Source: an uncultured Methanosarcinales archaeon (lineage in GTDB: Archaea > Nanobdellota > Nanobdellia > Woesearchaeales > DSVV01). Taken from it: a stretch of 64,000 nt of DNA. The DNA is taken from assembly GCA_964593285.1 (NCBI GenBank), contig CAZQHZ010000003.1:1-64000 (forward strand), given 5' to 3'. Each line of letters starts with the position of its first letter. The stretch's first letter is position 1. Positions 53,034-62,833 of the stretch are shown piece by piece. The notes under the pieces are model-generated. The model saw nothing but the letters and a program-made list of their open reading frames with translations. It was not told where the DNA came from and made no database searches. Made by a program: the position numbers and the translations under genes.

Positions 53034-53495
53034 ATGTTTAAACTAAAAGAAGCAAAAGGAACTTATAAAGGTCTTATTGGTGAGTGCATGTTTAAACTTA
53101 CAAGAAAATATGCAATTTTAAACAAATATTGGAATAAAAGAAAATATTTTGAAATATTTGGTAAGTATTTAAATGATAAACAAATTAATTTTTTAAATAA
53201 ATACTGGCATTCTCTTGATGCCATTGAAATAGTTTTTATAAATAAAACAAAAAATGTTTTTCTTTATGAAATAAAAACAAAAAATATATACAATAAATCT
53301 TTGGGTTTTAAGCCAAAAATAACAAAATCTTCTGTCTTATTATATAAAAAAGCAATTGAATTAGATTTTAAAGTGAATCTTGCTTTTGTATGTTTTTATA
53401 ATGATTGGAATTATTCTGTAAAAATAGTTGACTTTTCTGAAAATAATTATTATATAGACAGCAAAAAACTCTATGATAAAAAAGAATTATATTAA
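53034..53495 (+). CDS. Orphan PD-(D/E)xK-family nuclease
   Basis: GLIGE helix, SLDAI, LYEIKTK pattern. Confidence 0.6.
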   Translation: MFKLKEAKGTYKGLIGECMFKLTRKYAILNKYWNKRKYFEIFGKYLNDKQINFLNKYWHSLDAIEIVFINKTKNVFLYEIKTKNIYNKSLGFKPKITKSSVLLYKKAIELDFKVNLAFVCFYNDWNYSVKIVDFSENNYYIDSKKLYDKKELY

Positions 53496-53569
53496 ATTTT
53501 ATGTAGAAGAAAAAATAAGAATTCTTTTATTATTTGGGCTATTTTTCATTTAAAGGAATTAAAGAAAAA

Positions 53570-53733
53570 TAGCCCCGCTCGGACTTTCGTAGTAAGTCTG
53601 AAACCGTGTATCTTTTGTTTCATTCAAAACATTTCGAACCGAGGTCCCAGGACGATTTCGATAAAGTCAAATTTTTTATAAATTGGCTTATATCTCCAAA
53701 ATCCTAGATGATTGGCCACTACACCACGGGGCT
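53570..53733 (-). tRNA. tRNA-Gln(TTG) with two introns (37/38 and 59/60)
   Basis: Removing 53654-53695 (42 nt) and 53584-53632 (49 nt) gives a 73-nt cloverleaf AGCCCCG…TAGGA-TTTTGGG-TCCTG…CTCGG-TTCGAAT-CCGAG-CGGGGCT-A. Both junctions form BHB-type motifs. Confidence 0.9.
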
Positions 53734-53806
53734 ATCTATTTGTATTGTTTTTACTTTATATTTTTAAATGTTTCTTTTTTAAATAAAGACTTTATCGAAA
53801 TCGTCC
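53650..53806. repeat. Perfect 19-bp inverted repeat
   Basis: GGACGATTTCGATAAAGTC at 53650-53668; GACTTTATCGAAATCGTCC at 53788-53806. Confidence 0.9.
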
Positions 53807-53884
53807 AAAAAAATAGTTAATTTATTATAGAAAATAAGTAATATATAAAATAATAATTTTTAATATAAATAAAAAAAATAATAT

Positions 53885-54679
53885 TTATGCAGTTATTGCA
53901 ATTGATGCTTCTTTATTTGCTTGTTCTTTTTTTTTAAAAACTTCATCATTTAAAATCATTGTAACAAGTTTTCCATAATCTTCAGCTCCTCTGCTATTTT
54001 TTGCATAATTGAAAATAGACATTCGTTTTTCTGGTGCTTCTTTTAATTTAGAATTAATTCTAATTGGATCACTTATTAAATCATAATAAATATTATTCAT
54101 TATTTCAAGTGTTTTTTTACAGATTTTATTTCTTTGATCATATAATGTTGGAACAATTTTAATAACTTTTAATTCATGATCATATTTTTTATTAATTTTT
54201 TCAATCATTTTTAATGTGTTGCTTGTACCTCTTAGACCTAATACATCTGTTGAAGAAGGAACAATTGCTTCTTTTGTTGATAATATTGCCACTTCATTTA
54301 AGAAACTAACAACTGGCGAGCAATCAAAAATAATATAATCATATCCTTTAATTGTTCTAAATTTATTAACAATATTTTTTAATGTTTTTTTTTCAGTTGT
54401 TAATTCTTGTTCAACTAAACTTAAATTTTCTTTAGTTCCAAGTATATCTAAATTTTTACCAAGTTTAGTTACACATTGTGAAAGTTCAATATTATCAATT
54501 AAATAATCATGTAAATCATTCATGCTTTTCCAATCTAAGCTAAAAGAACTATTTCCTTGTGGATCAAAATCAATAAGTAATACTTTTCTATTATTTCTAG
54601 ATAAACCTGCTGCTAAATTTATAGCAGTAGTTGTTTTTGCAACGCCACCTTTTTGGTTAATTATACTTATATATCTCAT
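53885..54679 (-). CDS. ParA/Soj-family ATPase
   Basis: NQKGGVAKTT, LIDFDPQGN, YDYIIFDCSP, LKEAP. Confidence 0.92.
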   Translation of the reverse strand: MRYISIINQKGGVAKTTTAINLAAGLSRNNRKVLLIDFDPQGNSSFSLDWKSMNDLHDYLIDNIELSQCVTKLGKNLDILGTKENLSLVEQELTTEKKTLKNIVNKFRTIKGYDYIIFDCSPVVSFLNEVAILSTKEAIVPSSTDVLGLRGTSNTLKMIEKINKKYDHELKVIKIVPTLYDQRNKICKKTLEIMNNIYYDLISDPIRINSKLKEAPEKRMSIFNYAKNSRGAEDYGKLVTMILNDEVFKKKEQANKEASIAITA

Positions 54680-54696
54680 TTTTTAGCACCTAATAA

Positions 54697-55095
54697 TTAT
54701 TTTTTTTTTTTAACTTTCATTTTTTTTGTAATTCCAATTTTTTCGTTACATTTTTCACATTTAAATACAAATGATGGAACACCCATGAATGTTTTTCTTT
54801 TATATTCTGTTGTTGCTTCTCCATTAAAACCACAATGTGGGCATGTATAAATTATTTCAACAGTTAATTTATCTTCATGTTCTTTTTTCTCTTCTATATA
54901 TCCACAAGAATGGCATTTATATTCTTTTGCTCTTATTTTAACTTTGCCTTTTTCAATTGGTTTTCCCATTTTTTCTTTTTTACATTTAGGACAATCAATT
55001 TTATAAGCCCACGCTTTTATTTTTCCATTATTATCTAATGTACGATTTGTAAAATATACAAGTTCTTCCATACTTTCTGGTTCTTTTAATGCCAT
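54697..55095 (-). CDS. Multi zinc-ribbon protein
   Basis: Four CxxC pairs (CPKC, CHSC, CPHC, CEKC). Confidence 0.75.
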   Translation of the reverse strand: MALKEPESMEELVYFTNRTLDNNGKIKAWAYKIDCPKCKKEKMGKPIEKGKVKIRAKEYKCHSCGYIEEKKEHEDKLTVEIIYTCPHCGFNGEATTEYKRKTFMGVPSFVFKCEKCNEKIGITKKMKVKKKK

Positions 55096-55338
55096 ATATA
55101 TACACCTTTTTTTAGTTTTTTGTAATTTGATAAAATGTTTAATAAAAATATGTTTTATTGTATAGTAGTTAAATAAACAAACTATAGGTATTATTAAAAG
55201 CTTTCGGAATTATCATTTTGTTAAGTTAAAAAAAATTAAGTTTTAAAATAAAACTAATTGGAATTTAATTTCATAAAATTTAAATATTATTAAATGTTTA
55301 AACTTTTAAGATTTATTAAAAGTTATAAAAATTAAAAA

Positions 55339-55851
55339 ATGTCAATTAAAAAACAAAATGGTTTGGAAACTGAATTTATTTCATTTTTAGAAACTGTATT
55401 TAAAAATTATGGACTTGATAATTTAAGTTGCAAAATAATGGCAGTATTATATATTGAGCCAACAGAAATTGCATTAGATGAAATTGCAAAAATTACTGGT
55501 TACAGCTTGGCATCTGTTTCATTAAAATTAAAATTTTTAGAAAAAATAGGATTAGTTGAAAGGATAAAAAAACCAGGGAGTAAAAAAGTATTTTATTATT
55601 TTCAAAAAGATATTGTAAAATTAACTGAAAATAAAATTAAAAAAGCATATGATGCAGAAATTAAACCTGTAAAAAAATTACTTCCAGAATTAATTAATAA
55701 ATATTCAAATTTAAAGTTATCAAAAGTTGAAGAAGAAAAATTGAAAATAATAAATAATTATTATAAGCAAGTTTTAATGACTGAAAAAGTTTACTTAAAA
55801 TTGGTTGATTTTTTAAAAGAAGAAAAAATAAAATTTCAAAAAAAGGAATAA
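55339..55851 (+). CDS. GbsR/MarR-family transcriptional regulator
   Basis: LDEIAKITGYSLASVS..LK.LE..GLVER…PGS.K.FY. Confidence 0.85.
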   Translation: MSIKKQNGLETEFISFLETVFKNYGLDNLSCKIMAVLYIEPTEIALDEIAKITGYSLASVSLKLKFLEKIGLVERIKKPGSKKVFYYFQKDIVKLTENKIKKAYDAEIKPVKKLLPELINKYSNLKLSKVEEEKLKIINNYYKQVLMTEKVYLKLVDFLKEEKIKFQKKE

Positions 55852-55896
55852 ATTTGAAAAAAACAAATAATTTTATTATAAAACGAGAAAATAAAA

Positions 55897-56619
55897 ATGG
55901 CTAGTGAATATATAATAGAACTTAAAGATGTTTGGAAAATTTATAAAATGGGAAAGGTTTTAGTTCCTGCATTAAAAGGATTAAATTTTAAAGTTAAACA
56001 AGGTGAATTTGTTTCAATTATAGGCCCATCTGGTTCTGGAAAATCTACTGCAATGAATATGGTTGGTGTTTTAGATTTTCCAACAAAAGGAAAAATATAT
56101 CTTGATGGAAAAGATATTACTTTGATGTATGAAAGTGATTTAGCTCAAATTAGGGGGCAAAAAATTGGTTTTATTTTTCAACAATTTAATTTAATTAATA
56201 CTTTAACTGCACTTGAAAATGTAATGCTTCCAATGACTTTTCAAGGTGTTAGTGAAGAAAAGAGAAAAAAAAGGGCAATAAAATTACTTGATTTAGTTGA
56301 TTTAAAAGAACGCTATAACCATCGTCCAACGGAATTATCCGGTGGACAGCAACAAAGAGTTGCAATAGCAAGATCGTTAGCAAACGATCCTGAAGTAATA
56401 CTTGCAGATGAACCTACTGGAAATTTAGATTCAAAAACTGGGGTTAATGTTTTAAATTTTTTAAAAAAATTAAACAAAGAACAAAATAAAACAATTGTTA
56501 TGGTAACTCATGATTTAAATTTAGCAAAAGAAGCTAAACGTGTTGAATATTTAAAAGATGGTGAAATAATTAAAGATTATCTAAAAAATAATAAAAAAAT
56601 AATTAATAATAAAAAATAA
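55897..56619 (+). CDS. ABC transporter ATP-binding protein (LolD/MacB type)
   Basis: GPSGSGKS, IGFIFQQFNL, LSGGQQQRVAIAR, ADEPTGNLD, VTHD. Confidence 0.95.
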   Translation: MASEYIIELKDVWKIYKMGKVLVPALKGLNFKVKQGEFVSIIGPSGSGKSTAMNMVGVLDFPTKGKIYLDGKDITLMYESDLAQIRGQKIGFIFQQFNLINTLTALENVMLPMTFQGVSEEKRKKRAIKLLDLVDLKERYNHRPTELSGGQQQRVAIARSLANDPEVILADEPTGNLDSKTGVNVLNFLKKLNKEQNKTIVMVTHDLNLAKEAKRVEYLKDGEIIKDYLKNNKKIINNKK

Positions 56620-56633
56620 AAAGGTGATTTTAT

Positions 56634-57899
56634 ATGAGAATAAAAAATTTTATAATAAATAAATTTTTGTTAGTATCTTTTTTAATGTTGATATTTTGTA
56701 TGGGTTTTGTATTTGCACAAATTTCAAATTCAGATGCACTTAGAATTAGTCTTGTAAATCAAGAGCCAGATCCGGCTGAACCTGGTAGATATGTGGATGT
56801 TAGATTTATGCTTGAAAATATTGGTTCTGAGGATTTAGATGATATAGAAGTTGAATTTTTAGAAACTTATCCTTTTACATTAGATCAAGATGATGCATTG
56901 AAAAAAATAGGTAAATTGGCATCTTTTCAAAAAGATCAAAATGCTTTAATTATTAAGTATAAAGTTAGAGTTGATAATAATGCAATAGAAGGTGAAAATA
57001 CTTTAAAATTACGTTTAAAAAAAGGGGATGGTGATTGGCTTACCTATAGTTTTGACATAAGAGTTAGGGTAAAAGATGCAACATTATCGCTTGAACAAGT
57101 AACAACCAATCCATCACCAATATTACCTGGAAGTGATTCAACTATATCTTTAAAAGTAAAAAATTTAGCAGAATCTCCTCTAAAAGATATTAGTGTTATT
57201 TTAGATTTAACACTTTTAAGTTTTGGAACTCAAAATATTGAAGCATTACCTTTTGCTCCAATGGATTCTGGAAAAGAAAAAAAAATTTGGAAGTTAAATT
57301 CAAAAGAAGAAGCTATATTTAATTTTAATATAAGAGCATATCCGAGTGCAGAATCAAGGGTTTATAAAATACCTGTAGTAATTAAATATTATGATCTTTT
57401 AGGAAATGAATTTGAAAAAAATGATTTAATTGGTGTTGTTGTAAATTCAGAATCGCAAGTCGGTGTTGTTTTAGATGATACAGATATAAAACGAGCTAAA
57501 ACTAAAGGAGATGTTTCTTTTAAATTTGTAAATAAGGGTCTTGGTGTAATTAAATTTTTGAATGTAGAGATTGAAAAATCAGAAGATTTTGAAATTTTAT
57601 CTTCAAATAATGTTTATTTAGGTAACATAGATTCAGATGATTTTGATTTTGCAGATTTTAATATTTATGTTAAGGAAGGTGTTGAAGAATTAATGATTCC
57701 TATAAAATATGAATTCTTTGATTCAAATAATAATAAATATGAAATGCGTGAAGAAATTAAAGTTAATTTATTTACAGAAGAAAGATTAAATGAATTAGGA
57801 TTTATTGAAGAAAAAAATAATTTACCAATAATTATTTTAGTAGTTGTTTTAATTTTAGGATTTGTAATTTATAGATTTTATAGGAGATGCAAAAAATAA
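56634..57899 (+). CDS. COG1361-like S-layer domain protein associated with the ABC transporter
   Basis: QEPDPAEPG…ENIG, three Ig domains, C-terminal TM; typical position in this cassette. Confidence 0.75.
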   Translation: MRIKNFIINKFLLVSFLMLIFCMGFVFAQISNSDALRISLVNQEPDPAEPGRYVDVRFMLENIGSEDLDDIEVEFLETYPFTLDQDDALKKIGKLASFQKDQNALIIKYKVRVDNNAIEGENTLKLRLKKGDGDWLTYSFDIRVRVKDATLSLEQVTTNPSPILPGSDSTISLKVKNLAESPLKDISVILDLTLLSFGTQNIEALPFAPMDSGKEKKIWKLNSKEEAIFNFNIRAYPSAESRVYKIPVVIKYYDLLGNEFEKNDLIGVVVNSESQVGVVLDDTDIKRAKTKGDVSFKFVNKGLGVIKFLNVEIEKSEDFEILSSNNVYLGNIDSDDFDFADFNIYVKEGVEELMIPIKYEFFDSNNNKYEMREEIKVNLFTEERLNELGFIEEKNNLPIIILVVVLILGFVIYRFYRRCKK

Positions 57900-57955
57900 T
57901 TTCTTTTTTTTATTTTTTTTAAATATTTTTATTAAAAAGAAAGTTGGTTTAAAAA

Positions 57956-59185
57956 ATGATTGTTGATTATTTTAAGTTTGCATTGAAAAATCTTTTGAGG
58001 CGAAAACTTCGAAGTTGGCTTACATTAATTGGGATTATTATTGGTATAACTTTTGTTGTTGCATTAATTGGTGTTGGCCAAGCTCTTCAGGTTGCTTTAG
58101 GTGGTATTTTTGGAACTCTTGGAACTGATGAAATTACTATTAGTGCAACGGGTGGTTTTGGTCCCCCTGGAAGTGGTGTTGTAAAACCACTTACTGTGTC
58201 TAATTTAAATAAAATTCAACGTGTGAGTAATGTTGATGTTGCATCTGGATCATTAGTTAAATCAGGTAAATTTGAATATAATAAAAAACTTAGTTTTGGT
58301 TATTCAATTAGTATGCCTGTTGATAAAAATGAACGAGTTATTGTTGAAAATGATTTAAAAAATGAAATTTATCAAGGTAGATTACTTAGAGCATCTGATA
58401 GTAGAAAGGTTTTAGTTGGATATAGTTTTAAAGATTTGACTGAATTTTTTGGAAGAGAAATAACTGTTGGTTCAAGAGTTTTAATTCAAGATAAACAATT
58501 TGAAGTTATTGGAATTATTGAAAAACAAGGAAATTTTATTTTTGATTCATCTGTTTATATGAATGAAGATGATTTACGAGATTTATTTAATGTTTCATCA
58601 GATGCATATGATATAATAACTGTTTTAATTAGAGATGAAAATAAAATTCAAGAAACTAAAAAAGATTTAGAAAGGCTTATGAGAAAAGAGCGAAATGTAG
58701 GAGAAGGTAATGAAGATTTTACAGTAAGTACTGCAAAAGATGTTGCAGATTCAGTTGGTTCAATTGTTGGTGGAGTTAATTTATTTGTTTATGCAATAGC
58801 TGCAATTTCAATTTTAGTTGGTGGGATTGGTATTATGAATACAATGTTTATGTCTGTTACTGAACGAACAAGAGATATTGGAATTATGAAATCGGTTGGT
58901 GCAAAAAATAGTACAATATTTGGTTTATTTTTTATTGAATCAGGTTTTCTTGGTTGTGTTGGAGGAATTGTTGGAGTAATACTTGGTTCAATATTTGCAA
59001 TTATTGGAACTTTTGCTCTTGAAGCATTTTTAGGTGGTGCAATACAGATAAAAGCTAATATTAATTTAATATTAATAGCATCGTCAGTTTTAGGTTCATT
59101 TGTGGTTGGAAGTATTTTTGGAATTATTCCTGCAATTAAAGCATCTAATTTACATCCAGTTGATGCATTAAGACATAAAAAATAG
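57956..59185 (+). CDS. ABC transporter permease (MacB/FtsX type)
   Basis: RSWLTLIGIIIG, GGIGIMNTM.MSV.ERT.DIGIMKSVGA, P.DALR. Confidence 0.93.
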   Translation: MIVDYFKFALKNLLRRKLRSWLTLIGIIIGITFVVALIGVGQALQVALGGIFGTLGTDEITISATGGFGPPGSGVVKPLTVSNLNKIQRVSNVDVASGSLVKSGKFEYNKKLSFGYSISMPVDKNERVIVENDLKNEIYQGRLLRASDSRKVLVGYSFKDLTEFFGREITVGSRVLIQDKQFEVIGIIEKQGNFIFDSSVYMNEDDLRDLFNVSSDAYDIITVLIRDENKIQETKKDLERLMRKERNVGEGNEDFTVSTAKDVADSVGSIVGGVNLFVYAIAAISILVGGIGIMNTMFMSVTERTRDIGIMKSVGAKNSTIFGLFFIESGFLGCVGGIVGVILGSIFAIIGTFALEAFLGGAIQIKANINLILIASSVLGSFVVGSIFGIIPAIKASNLHPVDALRHKK

Positions 59186-59194
59186 GTAATAAAA

Positions 59195-60415
59195 ATGATA
59201 AAAGATTTGATAAAATACGTTTCAAAAAACTTTTTTTTAAATTTTACAAGAAGTATTCTTAGTATTATTTCTATTACCTTTGGAATAATGGCTATTTTTG
59301 CGTTACTTAGTTTTGGTCAAGGTTTAACTAAATATGTAAATGATATGGCAGAAGATATGGGTGTTGATACTTTAACTGCTATGCCTAGAGGAGCTGGTGG
59401 TCCTGGTGCAACTGGAACTTATCTTACTAAATCTGATGTTGATTTTATAAATAGACAGCGTGGTGTTGATAATGCAGTTGGTTTTGTTTTTAATCAGGCA
59501 GAAATAAAGGTTAATCTAAAAGAAAGAGGCAAATGGTTTTATATTATTGGAATGCCAGTTGATTCACAAAATTACCATTTTGCAAGAGAAATGTTTAGTA
59601 TGTTTGATATTGTTGATGGAAGATATTTTAGCATTGGTGAAAAAGGGAAAGTGATTTTAGGTTATAATTATATGTTTGATGGAAAAATTTTTCAAAGGGC
59701 ATTAAAAACAGGAGATAGAATTTATATAAATGAAAAAAGATTTGAAATTATTGGTTTTTTTGATGAAGTTGGAAGTCCACAAGATGATGGTCAAATTTAT
59801 TTATCAACACAAGATGCGGAAGGTCTTTTTAATTTAAAAGATAAATATGGTATGATTTATATTAAGGCACAGCAAAATACAAACCCTAGTGATTTAGCAG
59901 AATATTTAACTGATAGATTACGGAGACATAAAAATCAAAAATTAGGTCAGGAAGATTTTAATATAGAAACTTTAGAATCACAAATTAAAATGTTTAATGA
60001 TTTAGTTAATTTATTAAATGGTATTTTGATTTTAATTGCATTAGTTTCAGTTTTGGTTGCAGGAGTTAATATTGCAAATACTATGTATACTACAGTTATG
60101 GAGAGAACAAAAGAGATTGGTATAATGAAAAGTATTGGTGCAAAGAATAATTATATTAGAAATATTTTTATGATAGAATCTGGATTTATTGGAATTTGTG
60201 GTGGAATCCTTGGTGTAATTTTAGGTTATATTGTTGCTTCAATTATAGGTTATATTGCAAATATTGCAGGTTTTGGAATGCTAACACCTTATTTTCCAAT
60301 GTGGCTTGTAATTGCATGCATTTTATTTGCAACATTAATTGGTTCTTTATCTGGATTTTTACCTGCAAATCAAGCATCTAAGTTAAAGCCAGTAGACGCT
60401 CTGCGAAGCGAATGA
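59195..60415 (+). CDS. ABC transporter permease (MacB/FtsX type)
   Basis: RSILSII, NIANTMYTTV.ERTKEIGIMKSIGA, PVDALR. Confidence 0.93.
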   Translation: MIKDLIKYVSKNFFLNFTRSILSIISITFGIMAIFALLSFGQGLTKYVNDMAEDMGVDTLTAMPRGAGGPGATGTYLTKSDVDFINRQRGVDNAVGFVFNQAEIKVNLKERGKWFYIIGMPVDSQNYHFAREMFSMFDIVDGRYFSIGEKGKVILGYNYMFDGKIFQRALKTGDRIYINEKRFEIIGFFDEVGSPQDDGQIYLSTQDAEGLFNLKDKYGMIYIKAQQNTNPSDLAEYLTDRLRRHKNQKLGQEDFNIETLESQIKMFNDLVNLLNGILILIALVSVLVAGVNIANTMYTTVMERTKEIGIMKSIGAKNNYIRNIFMIESGFIGICGGILGVILGYIVASIIGYIANIAGFGMLTPYFPMWLVIACILFATLIGSLSGFLPANQASKLKPVDALRSE

Positions 60416-60583
60416 TTTTATTAATTTTTTATAAGTTAAAAACTTTTTAATGAAATATTAGTGATTAAAAAATAAAAAGAGAAACAATCAAAACAAGGAA
60501 ATAAGATCTTTTTTAATTGATAAAAATAATTATGATTGATTGGCTTTTAGTTAAAAAAATTGAAACAGAGAAAGTAATTTAAA

Positions 60584-60805
60584 ATGGATAAAAAACAAAA
60601 AAAAGAATTCACTAAATATGTTGGATTTGGTTTGATATTAGGTGTTTGTATAGGATTTGGTTTTGGAATGATTATAATTGGGTCAATTTATGCACCTATT
60701 TTTGCTGGTGTTGGAGCCGGAATAGGTTTAGTGATGGGATCAATAATTGGACGTGCTAAAATAAAAATATGGAAAAATTATTTTTTTAAAAGAGTGAATT
60801 TTTAA
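60584..60805 (+). CDS. Small Gly-zipper membrane protein
   Basis: Two GxxxG-rich TM helices. Confidence 0.6.
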   Translation: MDKKQKKEFTKYVGFGLILGVCIGFGFGMIIIGSIYAPIFAGVGAGIGLVMGSIIGRAKIKIWKNYFFKRVNF

Positions 60806-60972
60806 TTTATAACAATATTATTTTTCANNNNNNNNNNNNNNNNNNNNNNNNNNNNNNNNNNNNNNNNNNNNNNNNNNNNNNNNNNNNNNNNNNNNNNNNN
60901 NNNNNNNNNNNNNNNNNNNNNNNNNNNAAAAATTATTTTTTTAAAAGAGTGAATTTTTAATTTATAACAATA

Positions 60973-61968
60973 TTATTTTTCAAATTTATTAATATACTGC
61001 ATTATTTTCTCTTTCATGTTTTTTTTTAATTCAGTATTAAAATCAAATTTTTCTAAATCTTTATCAATGTCAAATTTTGGTAATTTTGTTAAATTGCTAG
61101 TCATATTTCTATTAGCTTCTTTTATTTGATCTTCAATTAATTTAGTATCTTTTGTATTAAATTTTTTTAATACTGGAAACTTTGTTATTGCATTAGCTCC
61201 TGCTTTTAAGATTATTTTTGTGTATTCTGGGGTTTTTGGGGTTAGTCCTGCAATTATTTTTAATTTTGGAAAATTAATTCTAGTATTTGCAATCCACCAA
61301 GAATAATATTCAATTGAAGGACTTTTTGTGTAAGGAGTTTCTTTTATTGGTTTTAGTGCATAAAATGTAATTTGATCTAATTTGTGTTTTTTTATAAAAT
61401 CAAATAATAAATTAATATCTTCTTTTTTTTCATTTAATCCTATTACAATTGTGATGCTTTTTTTAAGTTTTAATGAATTAGCAATATCTAACATCTCTTC
61501 ATATGGTTTTATTGGTTTTTCTGGACATATTTTATTATGTAATTCTTCTTCAATTGTTTCAATTGATGCACAAATACCTTTAATATATGGCTTTAATTTA
61601 ATCATTTCCTCTTTTGATAAAACACCTAAATTAATCCAAATTTTTTCATTGTAAATTTCTGATACTTTTTTTGTAATATCAACTATTTCATCAAATTCAA
61701 ATATGCCATATCCTCCTGTTAAAAATTCTATTTTAAAACCTAATTTTTTCCCAAGATATGCATCTGTTAAAATAGATGCAACACTTCGTTTTGCATTTTT
61801 TGAATGTTTAATTTTATGTTTTATAGTTGATCTAAAACAAAAATCACAGCTACCTTTATCACAATACCAGCTGAGAAAAATGCATCTTCCAAAGTAAGTT
61901 TCATTATTAAAATTTTCATTATATACTTTATTTGCTTTAAAAATTAATTCTTGTAATTTATCATCCAT
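60973..61968 (-). CDS. Radical SAM protein, biotin-synthase-like superfamily
   Basis: CDKGSCDFC, FLTGG, SIET, IVIGLNE, LKPIKETP, AGAN. Confidence 0.8.
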   Translation of the reverse strand: MDDKLQELIFKANKVYNENFNNETYFGRCIFLSWYCDKGSCDFCFRSTIKHKIKHSKNAKRSVASILTDAYLGKKLGFKIEFLTGGYGIFEFDEIVDITKKVSEIYNEKIWINLGVLSKEEMIKLKPYIKGICASIETIEEELHNKICPEKPIKPYEEMLDIANSLKLKKSITIVIGLNEKKEDINLLFDFIKKHKLDQITFYALKPIKETPYTKSPSIEYYSWWIANTRINFPKLKIIAGLTPKTPEYTKIILKAGANAITKFPVLKKFNTKDTKLIEDQIKEANRNMTSNLTKLPKFDIDKDLEKFDFNTELKKNMKEKIMQYINKFEK

Positions 61969-62019
61969 TTTTTAGAAAATTAGTTATTTATTTAAAAATT
62001 TTATTTATTAATTGTTATT

Positions 62020-62658
62020 TTACACTAAACCATCAACTTCTTTATTTAATCTATCAAAGAATTCTTTCATGAATTTATCTCTTGATTTAGCAATTCTTTT
62101 TCCTTCTTTTGTTAACATTTTATTTTTTATTTTTTTTAATTTTACAAGATATTCTCTATATGCTGTATCTTCTTTTGTATATGATTTTGTATTTTTTATA
62201 TCTACATTTTTATCATGTAATTTTGCATTAACTTCTCCTGCAAACAAAAAAGCTCTCCCAATTCCAACTGCACCAATGGAATCTAATTTATCAGAATCAA
62301 ATAAAATTTTTGCTTCAAGGGTTTTTGGTTTGTTTTCTCCTCTAAATCTGTGTGATTTAATACAATGAATTACTTCATTTATTATTTTTTCATTGAAATT
62401 ATATTTTTTTAAAATTTTTTTTGCAAGTTTTGCTCCATATTCAGCATGACATATTTTTCCTTTTACTTTATCTTCCTTATTTCTTGCAATATCATGCATT
62501 AATGCTGCAATTTTTAAAACATTTAAATTTCCTTTTTCTATCTTTCCAATATGCATACAAAGATTATAAACTCTTTTTGTGTGTTCAAAATCATGGCTTC
62601 CTTTTGATTTTAAAAAACAATTTTTAATTTCTTCCAATAATTCTTTATTTACAACCAT
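62020..62658 (-). CDS. HD-domain phosphohydrolase
   Basis: SHDFEHTKRV, ALMHDI, HA, SHRF, DSDKLD.IGA.GI.R. Confidence 0.92.
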   Translation of the reverse strand: MVVNKELLEEIKNCFLKSKGSHDFEHTKRVYNLCMHIGKIEKGNLNVLKIAALMHDIARNKEDKVKGKICHAEYGAKLAKKILKKYNFNEKIINEVIHCIKSHRFRGENKPKTLEAKILFDSDKLDSIGAVGIGRAFLFAGEVNAKLHDKNVDIKNTKSYTKEDTAYREYLVKLKKIKNKMLTKEGKRIAKSRDKFMKEFFDRLNKEVDGLV

Positions 62659-62833
62659 TTTTATTTTTTATATATAATTCGTTTAAATTTTTTATATTAT
62701 GTTATAATTATTTGCATATTATTTTAATAACTTTGTTTGGATTACTTTGTTTTAGATTAGTTATTATTGCAAAAATATTTACATAATTTTATTGCTATTT
62801 TTATTTTATAAAAGTTACAATATGGATACTAAG

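Noticed and set aside
60773..60982. Direct repeat or att site near the ABC cassette
   Set aside because: Same gap-overlap artefact around Ns at 60828-60927.
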